Assembly: GCF_024521635.1 (NCBI RefSeq)
Contig: NW_026250404.1
Span: 124,001-188,000, forward strand
From: Tricharina praecox
Taxonomy: Eukaryota
Length of the DNA stretch: 64,000 nt
Direction of reading: 5' to 3'
Positions 41,340-52,415 of the stretch are shown here, in pieces (within the stretch, counting starts at the first letter, position 1; each line of letters begins with the position of its first letter). The translations under genes and the position numbers were made by a program. The notes under the pieces were generated by a model. That model did no database searches and had not been told where the DNA came from. It saw nothing but the letters and a program-made list of their open reading frames with translations.

Positions 41340-41475
41340 GCTGGAGACATCACGTCGTTGGAGACATCACGCCGCTAGAGACATCACGCCGCTGGAGATA
41401 TCACCCTGCTGGAGACATCACCCTGCTGGAGACATCACCCTGCTGGAGACATCACCCTGCTGGAGACATCACCCA
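41340..41475. repeat. Minisatellite, 8 x 17 bp (GCTGGAGACATCACCCT), upstream of the helicase-AAA gene
   Basis: Eight contiguous units; left copies more diverged (CACGTC/CACGCC endings). Confidence 0.95.
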
Positions 41476-44400
41476 TTGCCCGACCAAGTACAAGACTTCC
41501 CCCAAGTCAAGCCGTAGGATTTGCGGTCCACGCAGAGAAAACGTCACGAACCGAAGACTAGCCCCGCAAAGGCCGCGACTACTTACATACCAGGTAAATA
41601 GTTACAATGTCGCGGAGAGGGAACAAGTGCGCGAAGTGTCACGGTCTTGATTGTTCTGCAATCATCTATAACTATACTCTAGAGTACCATTAGCCGCATT
41701 CCGCTAACCACATACCATCTGGTCCGACTTCAATCATCTCCACAGCATGTCGTAATTTCCGTCTGGCGTCCAGATTGCTGCATTGCGCATAACCACGTTT
41801 ACGGAGGAAGCTTTGGGTGCGGCACGGTGGGATGGTTGGACGGGGAACGGAACCTTGTCGTGACGGGGTTCGTTCGCAAACCTGCGCCTCTTTACCAAGC
41901 GAAGCGTGAAGGGCAAGAATGCACAATGCAATGCGCGTGACGGTGGACGCGGATGATGAGAGCGGATGAAGGCGAGGTAGAGGCCGTCTTTCTGGAGAGT
42001 GATCGCGAATCTGGGGGACGCGCTGCCGGGGAACCGGTGGTTACTCTAGGGCAATGGTATGCGCGAGGGGATGATTGTGTTGTTTTCCGTGTTCGCTTTG
42101 TTTTATTGTGGAGCGCTTGTTGCGGCGAATGTGCTTGCCGGCTCTTGCGGCCGCAAACTTGCTTCCATTCCCGGCGGTAAACGGTTGCCGGCTGGGGGCG
42201 GAGGTCAAACCGCAGGCAGTGCGGGCACTGGGACAGTGGTAATTACTGCCTGTTAAACGGCGCAATCAACCAAGTCAGCATTCCTGCGCCGAAGAAGTAG
42301 CGAACATTGCGGGAGTGATTGTGCGCCGTGCCGTACTCTACACGTGTGCCGGGAGCCCGAGCGAACACGGCGTGCAAGCACCCCCCGCCGCAAACGCCTC
42401 CATTCCAGAGATCCATGACTCCTCCACAATACACACCGTTTTCAAAATCCGAGACGACAGAACTTTCGGGTGCCTCATCTTCCGCACTGTCCTCTACATG
42501 CTACGCTTGTGTTCTGCCATCGGTGTTGGGGGGAAGCCTGAAGGGAGAGTCCATGATGGTGTGGGCACTGTGTCGTGTGTTTTTATCCTGGCCGCACTGC
42601 TACGCGTGGTTCATAGTTTCTCTCCAAAATCCGCGACACGGCAAAAAAACTCCCTCCAACCGCTGCATTGTTTCTCCACCAGGGTGCGTGTGTGCTGGAG
42701 GCTATGTTTCGGCCTTCAAGGTCCGGTATGTATGTTGATGTTGGGCAACCGAAGCACAATCGGTGGTGCTGAGGGAGCTGTTAGCTAAAGTCGACGAGAA
42801 GAAGACGATATGGCTTGACGATGTGACTTATCGAGTGAGAATCGCAACAGTGCTATAGATCTAGCCTACGGCGAGTTCTAACTATCACCGTACCAGAGAA
42901 GAAGGGAAGCAAGATGACGAACGAGGTAGTCGCACACCGGAATTGCGTACCGTCGTTACCTCGGGGATGGCGTGCCGACGGGGAAGGGGCTCGTTCAAGA
43001 GTCCCCCACTTGTGGAGAAGCGGACGAGGGGGAGGAGGTTGTCCAAAGCCTCTCGCAACCTAGCTTTATACATCCCGTGAATTTTGTGTGAGTGCTCGGT
43101 GTCAAGAACTACCGACACGTTGGCACACCAATAAACAGCGATAGGTAAGTTATTCACATCGAGCACCTATGTACATACTTAGTAGGTACATGGTTAGGAC
43201 TTCTAAGCAGTCATTCTCTCTCACTCGTCTTCAATTTCCGTTCTCCTTTGATTGTTTGAAAACAAAACCTACACCATCCCTGTGGCCAGAGCGGAGCAGA
43301 GCGTCAAGATGTCAGCCTGCAGTGCCTTTCTTCTCTCTGCAGTATAGCTGGCATGTTTCCACTAGTCAATCTAGTTAGTCCTCCATCAAAGCACCTGGAA
43401 CCTCTAGGACGATTCTATGAATGTTAGTACTATGTAGGAAACAGAGAGTGCGCTCTCGTACTCAGCTGACTGCGTCTCGCATTCTTGGAAGCCCGGCTGT
43501 TTCGTCACGTACGGTTCGTTCGTCCAGTGGATAGCCGAGAGCCCCATCACCCCCATCCGAGATCTCTACTTTCCTACAGAGACTCAGAGTACTGGCAATC
43601 AAAGCGGGAGGCGGGATACAGGTTTTTACTTTGTTTAATTAGTAATCGCTTGCGACCCAAGCAGATCATGGCAATATAAAGGCGGGATACAGGTTGGGGG
43701 CTATTTAGAACCGAGTTAGCGACCGAGTGACGCGCTGTGTCGTCGCGCGGGAAAGTCCATCAGCTCGTCCAAAGCGGTAGGGGCGGACTACTCAGCTACG
43801 CATTCATAAGCCGACCTCCGGCTGGTGGAGGAGAAGACGTCTGATACCGGCCACGAAAGAACTGCTTAGTAGTTTCCAAACAACATACGGAAAGTACCTA
43901 CCTAAGTAGGTCTACCAGGCTCCAACGGTATACGGTACTTGCAGCGCAGGCTCAACGCCATACGCACACCCGCCTCTCCATCCGGAGAGCGGGTTGAGTT
44001 AAGCCGGACGAGGTCGGCGTTCCACGGTACCCCCACCTGCTGCGGCAGGCAGTGCTTCGGTTGCGGCGGGTGTCCGGAGTGCAATGCGATATCCACCGGG
44101 GGTGACAGAGCAGGGTGGAATCGGGATGTTGGAGTGGGAAGGAGCGAGCGAGGGAGCGAGGGAGGGAGGCTCTATTATACGAGTGAAGTATTGGTATAGA
44201 GCACTGCGGAGTGCACAGCACAGCACAGACAGATGTATGTAGGATATATGTAAGTATGTATTTACTGGTGCTGTAGCTATCATCCGGCATCCCAACGGGC
44301 CGGCCAATGGTATGTTGTTGGGCTTCGTCGCGAAAACCACACAATGGGCCCAGCGACGTCCCCTGAATCGGCCAATACCGGTGCTGCAGAATCGGTTCGC

Positions 44401-44940
44401 TGAAGATTAGAAACATTGTGGGATGATTCCTGACCTGAGTACCTAACCATCGTCCGATACACCGCAAGAAAGAAAACAAAACACCATTTTCGGGACTTCG
44501 AGTGCCTTTAGGAACCCAGGTGTATCAATAGAAACGACGTGCCGTACAAAAGAAAGTCATTCCCTACCCATGACAGAAGGAAGAAAACGTATGCGACAGA
44601 AACTGATCGATTACGTACATGCAAAAGAGCGACAAAAGAGCGACAAAACACCAAGATTCCCTTCCACCATTTGAGAATAGCGCAAGTAGGAAATCATTAG
44701 GCCTAGGAAAACATATCACCATCACACACCTCGCCCTTGCACAAACATAAGGAACCAACATCGGCATCTGTGATCCATGCCCCATGGATGTGAATAAGTC
44801 ATTTTGCATAATATCTCCCACTCGAACTTGCGGACTGCGCTTAAGAGAATGAAATGAATGAATTTACGATAACTGTGGCAAGATTTTGTAGTAATATTAG
44901 CACAAATGGTAAAGACGGCGGTTAGAGGGTTACCCGCACC

Positions 44941-47900
44941 TTATGTGGTAGCGCCTGCTGTACATAGCCGTTCCACTATCTCAAGATGGCCTCCCTTCGA
45001 TGCTGCTTGTAGCGCTGTTCTTCCAAGAAATTCAGCTGGCTCTGCGTTGACATTGGCCCCCTTCTCCAAAAGTCGATTCACCAGCTCAAGATGGCCTCCC
45101 TCCGATGCTGCTTGTAGCGCTGTTCTTCCATCGCCACGTGCTGGCTCTGCGTTGACATTGGCCCCCTTCTCCAAAAGTCGATTCACCAGCTCAAGATGGC
45201 CTCCCTCCGATGCTGCTTGTAGCGCTGTTCTTCCATGAAATTCAGCTGGCTCTGCGTTGACATTGGCCCCGTTCTCCAAAAGTCGATTCACCAGCTCAAG
45301 ATGGCCTCCCTCCGATGCTGCTTGTAGCGCTGTTCTTCCATTCCTCCATGTTGGCTCTGCGTTGACATTGGCCCCGTTCTCCAAAAGTCGATTCACTATC
45401 TCAAGATGGCCTCCCTCCGATGCTGCTTGTAGCGCTGTTCTTCCATTGCCCCATGTTGGCTCTGCGTTGACATTGGCCCCCTTCTCCAAAAGTCGATTCA
45501 CCAGCTCAAGATGGCCTCCCTCCGATGCTGCTTGTAGCGCTGTTCTTCCATCCGATTCAGCTGGCTCTGCGTTGACATTGGCCCCCTTCTCCCAAAGTCG
45601 ATTCACCAGCTCAAGATGGCCTCCCTCCGATGCTGCTTGTAGCGCTGTTCTTCCATCGCTACGTGCTGGCTCTGCGTTGACATTGGCCCCCTTCTCCAAA
45701 AGTCGATTCACCAGCTCAAGATGGCCTCCCTCCGATGCTGCTTGTAGCGCTGTTCTTCCATCCGATTCAGCTGGCTCTGCGTTGACATTGGCCCCCTTCT
45801 CCAAAAGTCGATTCACCAGCTCAAGATGGCCTCCCTCCGATGCTGCTTGTAGCGCTGTTCTTCCATCCCACACAGCTGGCTCTGCGTTGACATTGGCCCC
45901 GTTCTCCAAAAGTCGATTCACCAGCTCAAGATGGCCTCCCTCCGATGCTGCTTGTAGCGCTGTTCTTCCATCCCACACAGCTGGCTCTGCGTTGACATTG
46001 GCCCCGTTCTCCAAAAGTCGATTCACCAGCTCAAGATGGCCTCCCTCCGATGCTGCTTGTAGCGCTGTTCTTCCATCGCGACGTGCTGGCTCTGCGTTGA
46101 CATTGGCCCCCTTCTCCAACAGAATTTCCACGATATCCGTTTTGCCGGACGCCGCTGCGAATTGCAATCCCGTCCGCCCCGACCCGTTATCGCAGTTGAC
46201 GTCAACAATTCCATAATCTAGCAGGTGGCGGACGTTTACAGCATCTCTTGAAAGGATTGCATCATAGAAGGCATTTATGTACCTCGCGTCCACGGCCGAG
46301 GGAGAGATTTGGTTTTCTTCATCAAGAATTTTCGCCTTGTTGCTGGAAACTAGTAGTCGTAGTCGTTTCAGGACGTTCAGCATGGCTTCAAGTAAACCCT
46401 TCGCCAAATCTTTCCCTGGTTGCCGAAGGTACTTCAGCAAAACCACCGCCATCATAACGGCAGCAAACACTGGCACTGCAATGTAGAAATAGGTCGTCCA
46501 GCGAGGGTTGTCCTTAAGCGCGTCCACATTCATTCCGTACAAACTCTAATAGGTACTTAGTAAGCAACTCTCAAAGTTTCGAAACGCAAGGTATCTTACC
46601 GCGACGAATAGTAACGGTAGAAAGATAAACTAAGAGGATTTGTGGTCAGTTACTACTAGACTAGGGATTGTTACGGTGGAGGAATGTACCGTGATCCAAG
46701 AAAGCCTCTTGACGCTGTAATTCTGCTCTCGGGCCTTGCATGCCTCGTCGATGGAGACGATATTGGATGCCTAAGCATAGGACTGTTAGATTTCACACTG
46801 GAAAAGAGAAATTTCCACTAGGATACCCTTTGAAGCAAGACATCGATTCTTCTAATCAACCCTTCTTCTAAGGTTTTGCCGACACCTGCAAGCCGCTGCT
46901 TTGCTTTTACTAGATCGGTGCTGACCTCGTTGTCTCGCTTGGGTACCTTGCCCTCTTGACTCGAGCGCTTCCGTGGAACTCTTGATGTCGCCCACCCCGG
47001 ATGTGAGGTCATCCGTACAGCCCTATAGTAACTTCCGTAGGGATATCTAGGGCGGGGGCGTTGGTTGGAATGAGGCGGCTTGTCCTGACTCTTCAGGTCG
47101 GCGTCGTCATTTTCTTCCTCGTCCTCACTCCCCAGGCGTTGATTCCACTTCACATCACTGATCTGATGCAAGGCCTCAATGCTCTGAATTTGTTCGCGCT
47201 GCGCAGCTTCCAGTCGGGAGGCTACGTCGGCGACGGAGACCAAGGACCGTATGAATTGTCGGTAATTCAATTCCTGATCACCCATTATTTTCCTGCTCTA
47301 AAAACTATGAGTCTCATACTCTGGTATCATAGGATTGAGAAAACATACTGCGTCAGACAATAATTGCTTATAGCAGTTGATCAGCTTCTCCCAATCTCCA
47401 CACACATCGTTTAAGCAAGAAGCTAGAATTGATGCAGGTGTGGTGTTAGGTATAGATTGATTGTCGGTATTCTTCCAGAGGTGGTTGAAGTAATACTTTC
47501 GGCCGGATTTGTCGGTCAGGAAGAAGAAGGCGAGGCGCTTCCGGCGGACAAACGTGTGGCTTCTCATCGTCAGCTTCTCGTGTTAGGGTTATTGATCACA
47601 AACGCACATCGCAGTATCAGTATACAGCGTTACCGTCTCATCCGTGGACGCGATCTGCGCCGTTTCGACGTCCTCAAGTACTTGTGGCCTCTCTCGGATG
47701 CCCACCTCTTCGTAAGTTGGAATTTGCACCCAGAAACCGCGTGCTGTTCAGTCAGTGATGTCCACAAACAAACACTCCAAGCCGCAGTCATTTATCACGT
47801 ACCGCAACGGGGTTTGAGATCGCCTGGGCATCTTTTGCAGCCACATTTTTCGGCATTCCCGATACATTCATTACAATCACATGAGGAGCTCTTGAGGTAA

Positions 47901-48315
47901 CCCGAACAATCTTTGCATTCACATGAAGAGCCTTGGCACGTCGCCTTTAATCCGGAAGAATCGCCTGTTTCGGGGACATTCACTAAGCCTGGAGCCAGAG
48001 GTGCGCGGGACGAGCTGCACAACCCGGCGTATCGGGAATACAGAAGGGCTAACAGTTTTGCCGAGAGCTCCTGGGTGAAGCTATCTTGAATGAGAATGTG
48101 GATACACACTTGACACTAGTCGAGGAGATACAAACTTGAAGAGAACTGGTTTATCTTTCTAAATGGGTATTAGCAATGGCGGCTGGGGCGACAGCCACTC
48201 GATCTCCACCTACCGTCGTGTCGACCTTATGTAGCGCATCTCGTAGATCTGCTTCGGTACAGATCTTATCGAAATCATCTCCTAGCCACACCTCCATGAC
48301 AACCGGATTGGACAT
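44941..48315 (-). CDS. CorA-like membrane protein (2 TM, GMN motif) fused to a C-terminal array of highly conserved ankyrin repeats; 9 exons, about 975 aa
   Basis: Approximate exons 48315-48214, 48158-48136, 48080-47803, 47743-47634, 47576-47349, 47297-46827, 46770-46690, 46629-46600, 46545-44941 splice in frame. SVKRLSWIT|FIFLPLLFVA|SLYGMNV..FYIAVPVFAAVMMAVVLL is the CorA C-terminal signature. The two 5' exons are less certain. Confidence 0.85.
44975..46120 (-). repeat. Coding tandem array of 105-bp ankyrin units (11 variable windows)
   Basis: About 93 nt nearly invariant + 12 nt variable per unit; variable windows start at 45025 and recur every 105 nt to 46075. Confidence 0.97.
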
Positions 48316-48419
48316 TTCGAAAGGCTTTGCCGGGTAGTGTAGGTGTAAGTGACGGAGCGCGAGGACCGGTGTTGAGCGATGACAGTTCTTCGAACGCGAC
48401 AATTGATGCGGGCTTCGAG

Positions 48420-48491
48420 TTCGTAGGGTACGTGAGATCCGACGGGCGGGCAAGATTCGTAAGGTACGTGAGATCCGACGGGCGTGCGAAA
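48420..48491. repeat. 2 x 36-bp tandem duplication upstream of the CorA-ankyrin start codon
   Basis: TTCGTA(G/A)GGTACGTGAGATCCGACGGGCG... occurs twice in tandem. Confidence 0.85.
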
Positions 48492-49824
48492 TTCGTGGTG
48501 AAGTTACGCTGTGACGAGAAGATGGGAAAGTCGGGCAAAGCGGAGATACTCCAGCCGCCACACAGATTATGTGCTTCTTGGCTTTGCCAGTTGTCGGATG
48601 GTGATTGGGATTGGAGTCCCCGCTGAAGTGAGACATACGTGCTGCAGGCCGGTTGGGAACTGGCGTTTGCCTGATGGTGGAGCAACAGCCGCGGTCATCG
48701 TGGCATTGCGAGTAGATACAGAACTCTGAAGGGACGTTTATTTGCTTCCGGCATGTGAGATGTTGATAGAGTAAGTACTTGTTCGAAGGATGTTGGGAGA
48801 AGAGAGGTGACTTTACGTCGTAGAGCGTCCTCGTTCCTGAAGGGCCCATACGCAGCCCTGCATGCGTATGGTTTGGGACACTTTGAGCCGACACTAACTA
48901 AGGGCCTGTTCGGTCGCCAGCTGCATTTTCAAACCTTGGGTTTTCTGACGAGTTGACGCTTACTAAAGCTGAAGCTGCAAATTCTCGTCTCCCCCAATGT
49001 CCCATTTGGCAACCCAGATATTTAACAGCACGCCACACTGTTTATTTGTATTGTGGCTCAGTCGAAAATATGCAGTTTTTCAAATTGTTAACTTGGGGTG
49101 GTGTGCCGAACGCTCACCCATCGCCCGGAAACTGAGGGTTTCAAACTGCATCTAAAGTTTATGTGGTAAATTTGAAATGCAGCTGTGTTTATCATTTGAG
49201 AGCGTAAACTGAAAATATGGGCCCGTCGACACAAGTTGTGATGGTGAATGCCGAACGACAAGGGCGCGACAATATACCGAGAGAAGGGACCAAGACCCAA
49301 ATCCAGCCTCGGTGGGTGCAGAATAGGAAAGTACTATACTAGGCGAGTATTTTGCATTCTTCAAACTTATTGTACCTATATGTAATCCAACCGCAACGTT
49401 CACCAGCTCTCGGAAACTACACTTCACCACGAGGCCTCAGCTAATGGAAAATATTTATTTTTCTTTTCTCAGTCCTCGCGAAGGCGGAATGGGTACTTCA
49501 GATAATGGTGCACTTCGGGTAGTCGGGCTTCACGGATCGCCTCCCGCAACACCTCCAAGCTTCGGCCTCGAAATGTGAAGCGGTATTCAATGTCAAATAT
49601 GTGCCACCCGGGGGTTTCCAGTCTTGCCTGAACGACGCCGTGAGACTTAGCCGCGAAGGTCGGGATCGTTCGGCACGGCAATATTTCACGGATCATGTGA
49701 TTTCAAAAGTGGCCCCCAATTCTGGCCGCACTAGCACTACACACATACAAAAAGTCATATGGAGATGCCCGACTGGAAAGTCACTTCAAAGCACAATTAA
49801 TTCCTGATTTCCAACGCTCAACCT

Positions 49825-50265
49825 CTATTTATCCTTGATCGGAATGTCGCTGCCAGTGGTCGACTTGTACTGTCCGCGGATGACTGCGCATCTCGTGTTA
49901 GCGACGGGCTCCCTGGGGTAGGAGCACGCGACTCACAATCGCTAATCTGTTCGTCCTTTGCCTGCTCAAGGGCACTCTCGTTGTCCTGGGGTCCAGCTCC
50001 CATGAACTTCTCCTGGACGAGGTCGATACCTTCATTCAACCTTGTCAGTTGTCCGTTTGGATCCCGGGGAAGAGAGGTAGCGCTCGGGCTAGGGCTCGGA
50101 CTCGGACGCACCCTTGTCAAGATAATCTTCCTTCTGTTCACTCTGCTTGCCGCCACCGAGAGCACCGTTGATGCTGTCCATGAAGCCGCCGCTCGACTCC
50201 TGGGTTGTCGCCTCGGGCTTCTTCTGCGTGTTGCCGCCGCCGGTAAGGTTCTTGACGTAGTCCAT
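49825..50265 (-). CDS. Small conserved fungal hydrophilic protein (two introns); family often loosely annotated as DDR48-like
   Basis: MDYVKNLTGGG..GGGKQSEQKEDYLDK|GIDLVQEKFMGAGPQDNESALEQAKDEQISD|FIRGQYKSTTGSDIPIKDK*. Confidence 0.8.
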
Positions 50266-51995
50266 GATGTTTCGATTCTTATTGTTTGGATTTCGTGGAT
50301 TGGATGTGTAGTGGTCGGGTTAAGGGTGCTCGTTCGTATGTTGGTACTGATGTTGTCAAGCGGAAAGCGGAAAAAGTGATGTTTTATGGCCGCGGACAGA
50401 GGCGGTGATGTCACGGCGCGGTGACGGATTGCCGCCGATCATTCTTGGAAGTTGGAATTGCTGGGGGAGCCTGGGGGCAAATTGCCGTAAGGAACCGCGG
50501 CGAGGCGGTAATCTATTCTGCCCCAGATTACCTGGCCGCTCGCGACTCCCAAGTAACCAACTGACTGAGACCGCATGTGACGTCAGCGATCGTCACTGAC
50601 CACACTAACTCTCGTCGGTTGCAAGCTACAGGCCGATCACGGGAGAAATATTCTCCGAACACCTGTTTACCCTTGATGGTGCGCCGGCTGAATCTGGGTT
50701 CGAATTATTTTGGCATGCGATAAGCGAACGAGGCCAAGAAACGCATATCCAAAGAGAGAGAAAATCAGGTTCGAGTATGGTGCCTGCAGTCTATAACGGC
50801 ACAGTGGTTTTTAGCTTTGCATCCGGATAACTTACATGGCAACAGCCGACCCCACCAAAAAGAACAAAAAAGATCACCTGACAACTCTCAAACATGCAAC
50901 TTCACCACCCGGCGATCACTAGTATACACCAGTTCCTTTCCACTACGAGAATCAATCATTGCCGGTGGTTGGCTATGCATATCCTGGGACAGGCTATCTG
51001 GTGGTGGCGTCTGGATGGCGGCCCGTATTTCGGATGGCAGTTGAAGAGCTGAGTTCCGGGTCCGAAAATCTCTCCGAGCTTTTCTTCAAGCGAGTACATG
51101 TGACCACTCCACTTACTTTAGAGTGAAAATCAGTTGCTATCACGTGGGGGTTTAGTGTACACGATGATGATTTCCATAAAAACCCGATGTTTCATCTTGC
51201 AAAAAATATCCACACCAGCATCGGACCAGGAGTCTAATGATGGGGGAGGTACACAACCTGTGCCTTTTCCACTTTCCGTCACTCATAGCTGCTGCCGGCT
51301 GCTAGCTGGCTTGAACAATTAACCGCAATAAGTGGGCCCTTCAAAATTGCAGGCACCATACACACAGGGCTTCGTTCGGGAAAGAGAGTGTGACAGGCCT
51401 CGGAAGCTCGTGCACAAAACATCCGAGATGGGGCGCAAGGACGGATCTCAGGAAGGGTTCACGCTGATGACGAGGTGCGCCATAAATAAAGACTCGGTGC
51501 ATATTATTCGTTCGGTTTGGCTTGTGAAGGCCCAGGCGGGTGGAGTCGCTCCCTCGTACTAGATCTATGCAACGCGCCTCCGAGTGCTCGAAGAGTCGGG
51601 ATCCGGGTACATACAACTTGCCATTCTGGCAATACCTACGGTACCTAACGTATGATACGGCGAGGCAATAAAACCGAAGTAGGTGCATATAAAACATGAC
51701 AACCGAAATGCCCACCTGAAGGCTGAAGTATACCACGATTCCGTGCAGATAAAACACCAGCAAATATGCAGTGCTTGGAGACTACCTACATACGTCGGCA
51801 TCGCCTACACTTCTGGTAGTGTTCAGTACATCCCTCACTGGACAAGTAAACGGCTGCCGGAGGAGCAACCATCTACGGGCCGTGGAAGCAATGTACACAG
51901 GCAACGATGCATCACCATCACGTCACGGCCGAAACGCCTTCATATATCCCCCCTCTCACCATACTCTACTACCCTATCAACACAAACCTCCCAAA

Positions 51996-52415
51996 ATGCC
52001 AACCATCACAATCCGCTGCCTCCCCACAATCCGTCCGCGCTTCCTATCCACGACTGCCCGCCTGGCCAGCCGCCGGCCGCGGGAAGGGACAACAGGAGTT
52101 TTCAACGACCCGGCGTCTTCCAAAGCCGCCGAAGAAACGCGGCCCATGGGCAGCCAGCAGGACCGCGTGCTCACCGACGAGATCAGGAGCCGGAAGTTCG
52201 ATAGGATGTCGGAGGCCAACGAGGTGCGTTCGATACCTGCGATACCTGTGACTGTGCGATGGACATGGGCATGATGCTAAGCATTAACCTGTGGATAGGG
52301 TCAGGGGGAGTCTTCGACGTTTGGTAAGGAGGAGCGCGTGGGCGAGCGTGGCGATGGGAAGCCGACGAAGACTGGCGGCAGAAAGGGTGGCGGGTTCGTT
52401 ATGGTGGATCAGTGA
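51996..52415 (+). CDS. Small hypothetical protein with a mitochondrial-presequence-like N-terminus; intron 52224-52298
   Basis: CAAAATG start context; MPTITIRCLPTIRPRFLSTTARLAS; GTGCGT..GCTAA..TAG intron gives an in-frame second exon. Confidence 0.55.

Noticed and set aside
43610..43695. 15-bp direct repeat GGCGGGATACAGGTT at 43610 and 43681
   Set aside because: Only two copies with no associated element ends; not enough to call a transposon footprint or regulatory site
41690..44480. Short ORFs between the helicase and ankyrin genes (e.g. 42885-43166, Cys-rich 43939-44199)
   Set aside because: No recognisable motifs or consistent splice structure; may be relics but cannot be supported
44975..46120. 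Constant repeat + variable spacer pattern resembling a CRISPR array
   Set aside because: Period is 105 nt (35 codons), spacers are only 12 nt and related to each other, the array encodes ankyrins, the host is eukaryotic and there are no cas genes
44906..46216. Long + strand ORFs over the ankyrin array
   Set aside because: Antisense shadow of a repeated stop-free unit; broken by a stop at one variable window
48316..48894. 247-aa ORF extending upstream of the CorA-ankyrin start
   Set aside because: Non-ATG start in the ORF track and no domain-like content; ATG 48315 preferred, though the true start needs transcript data
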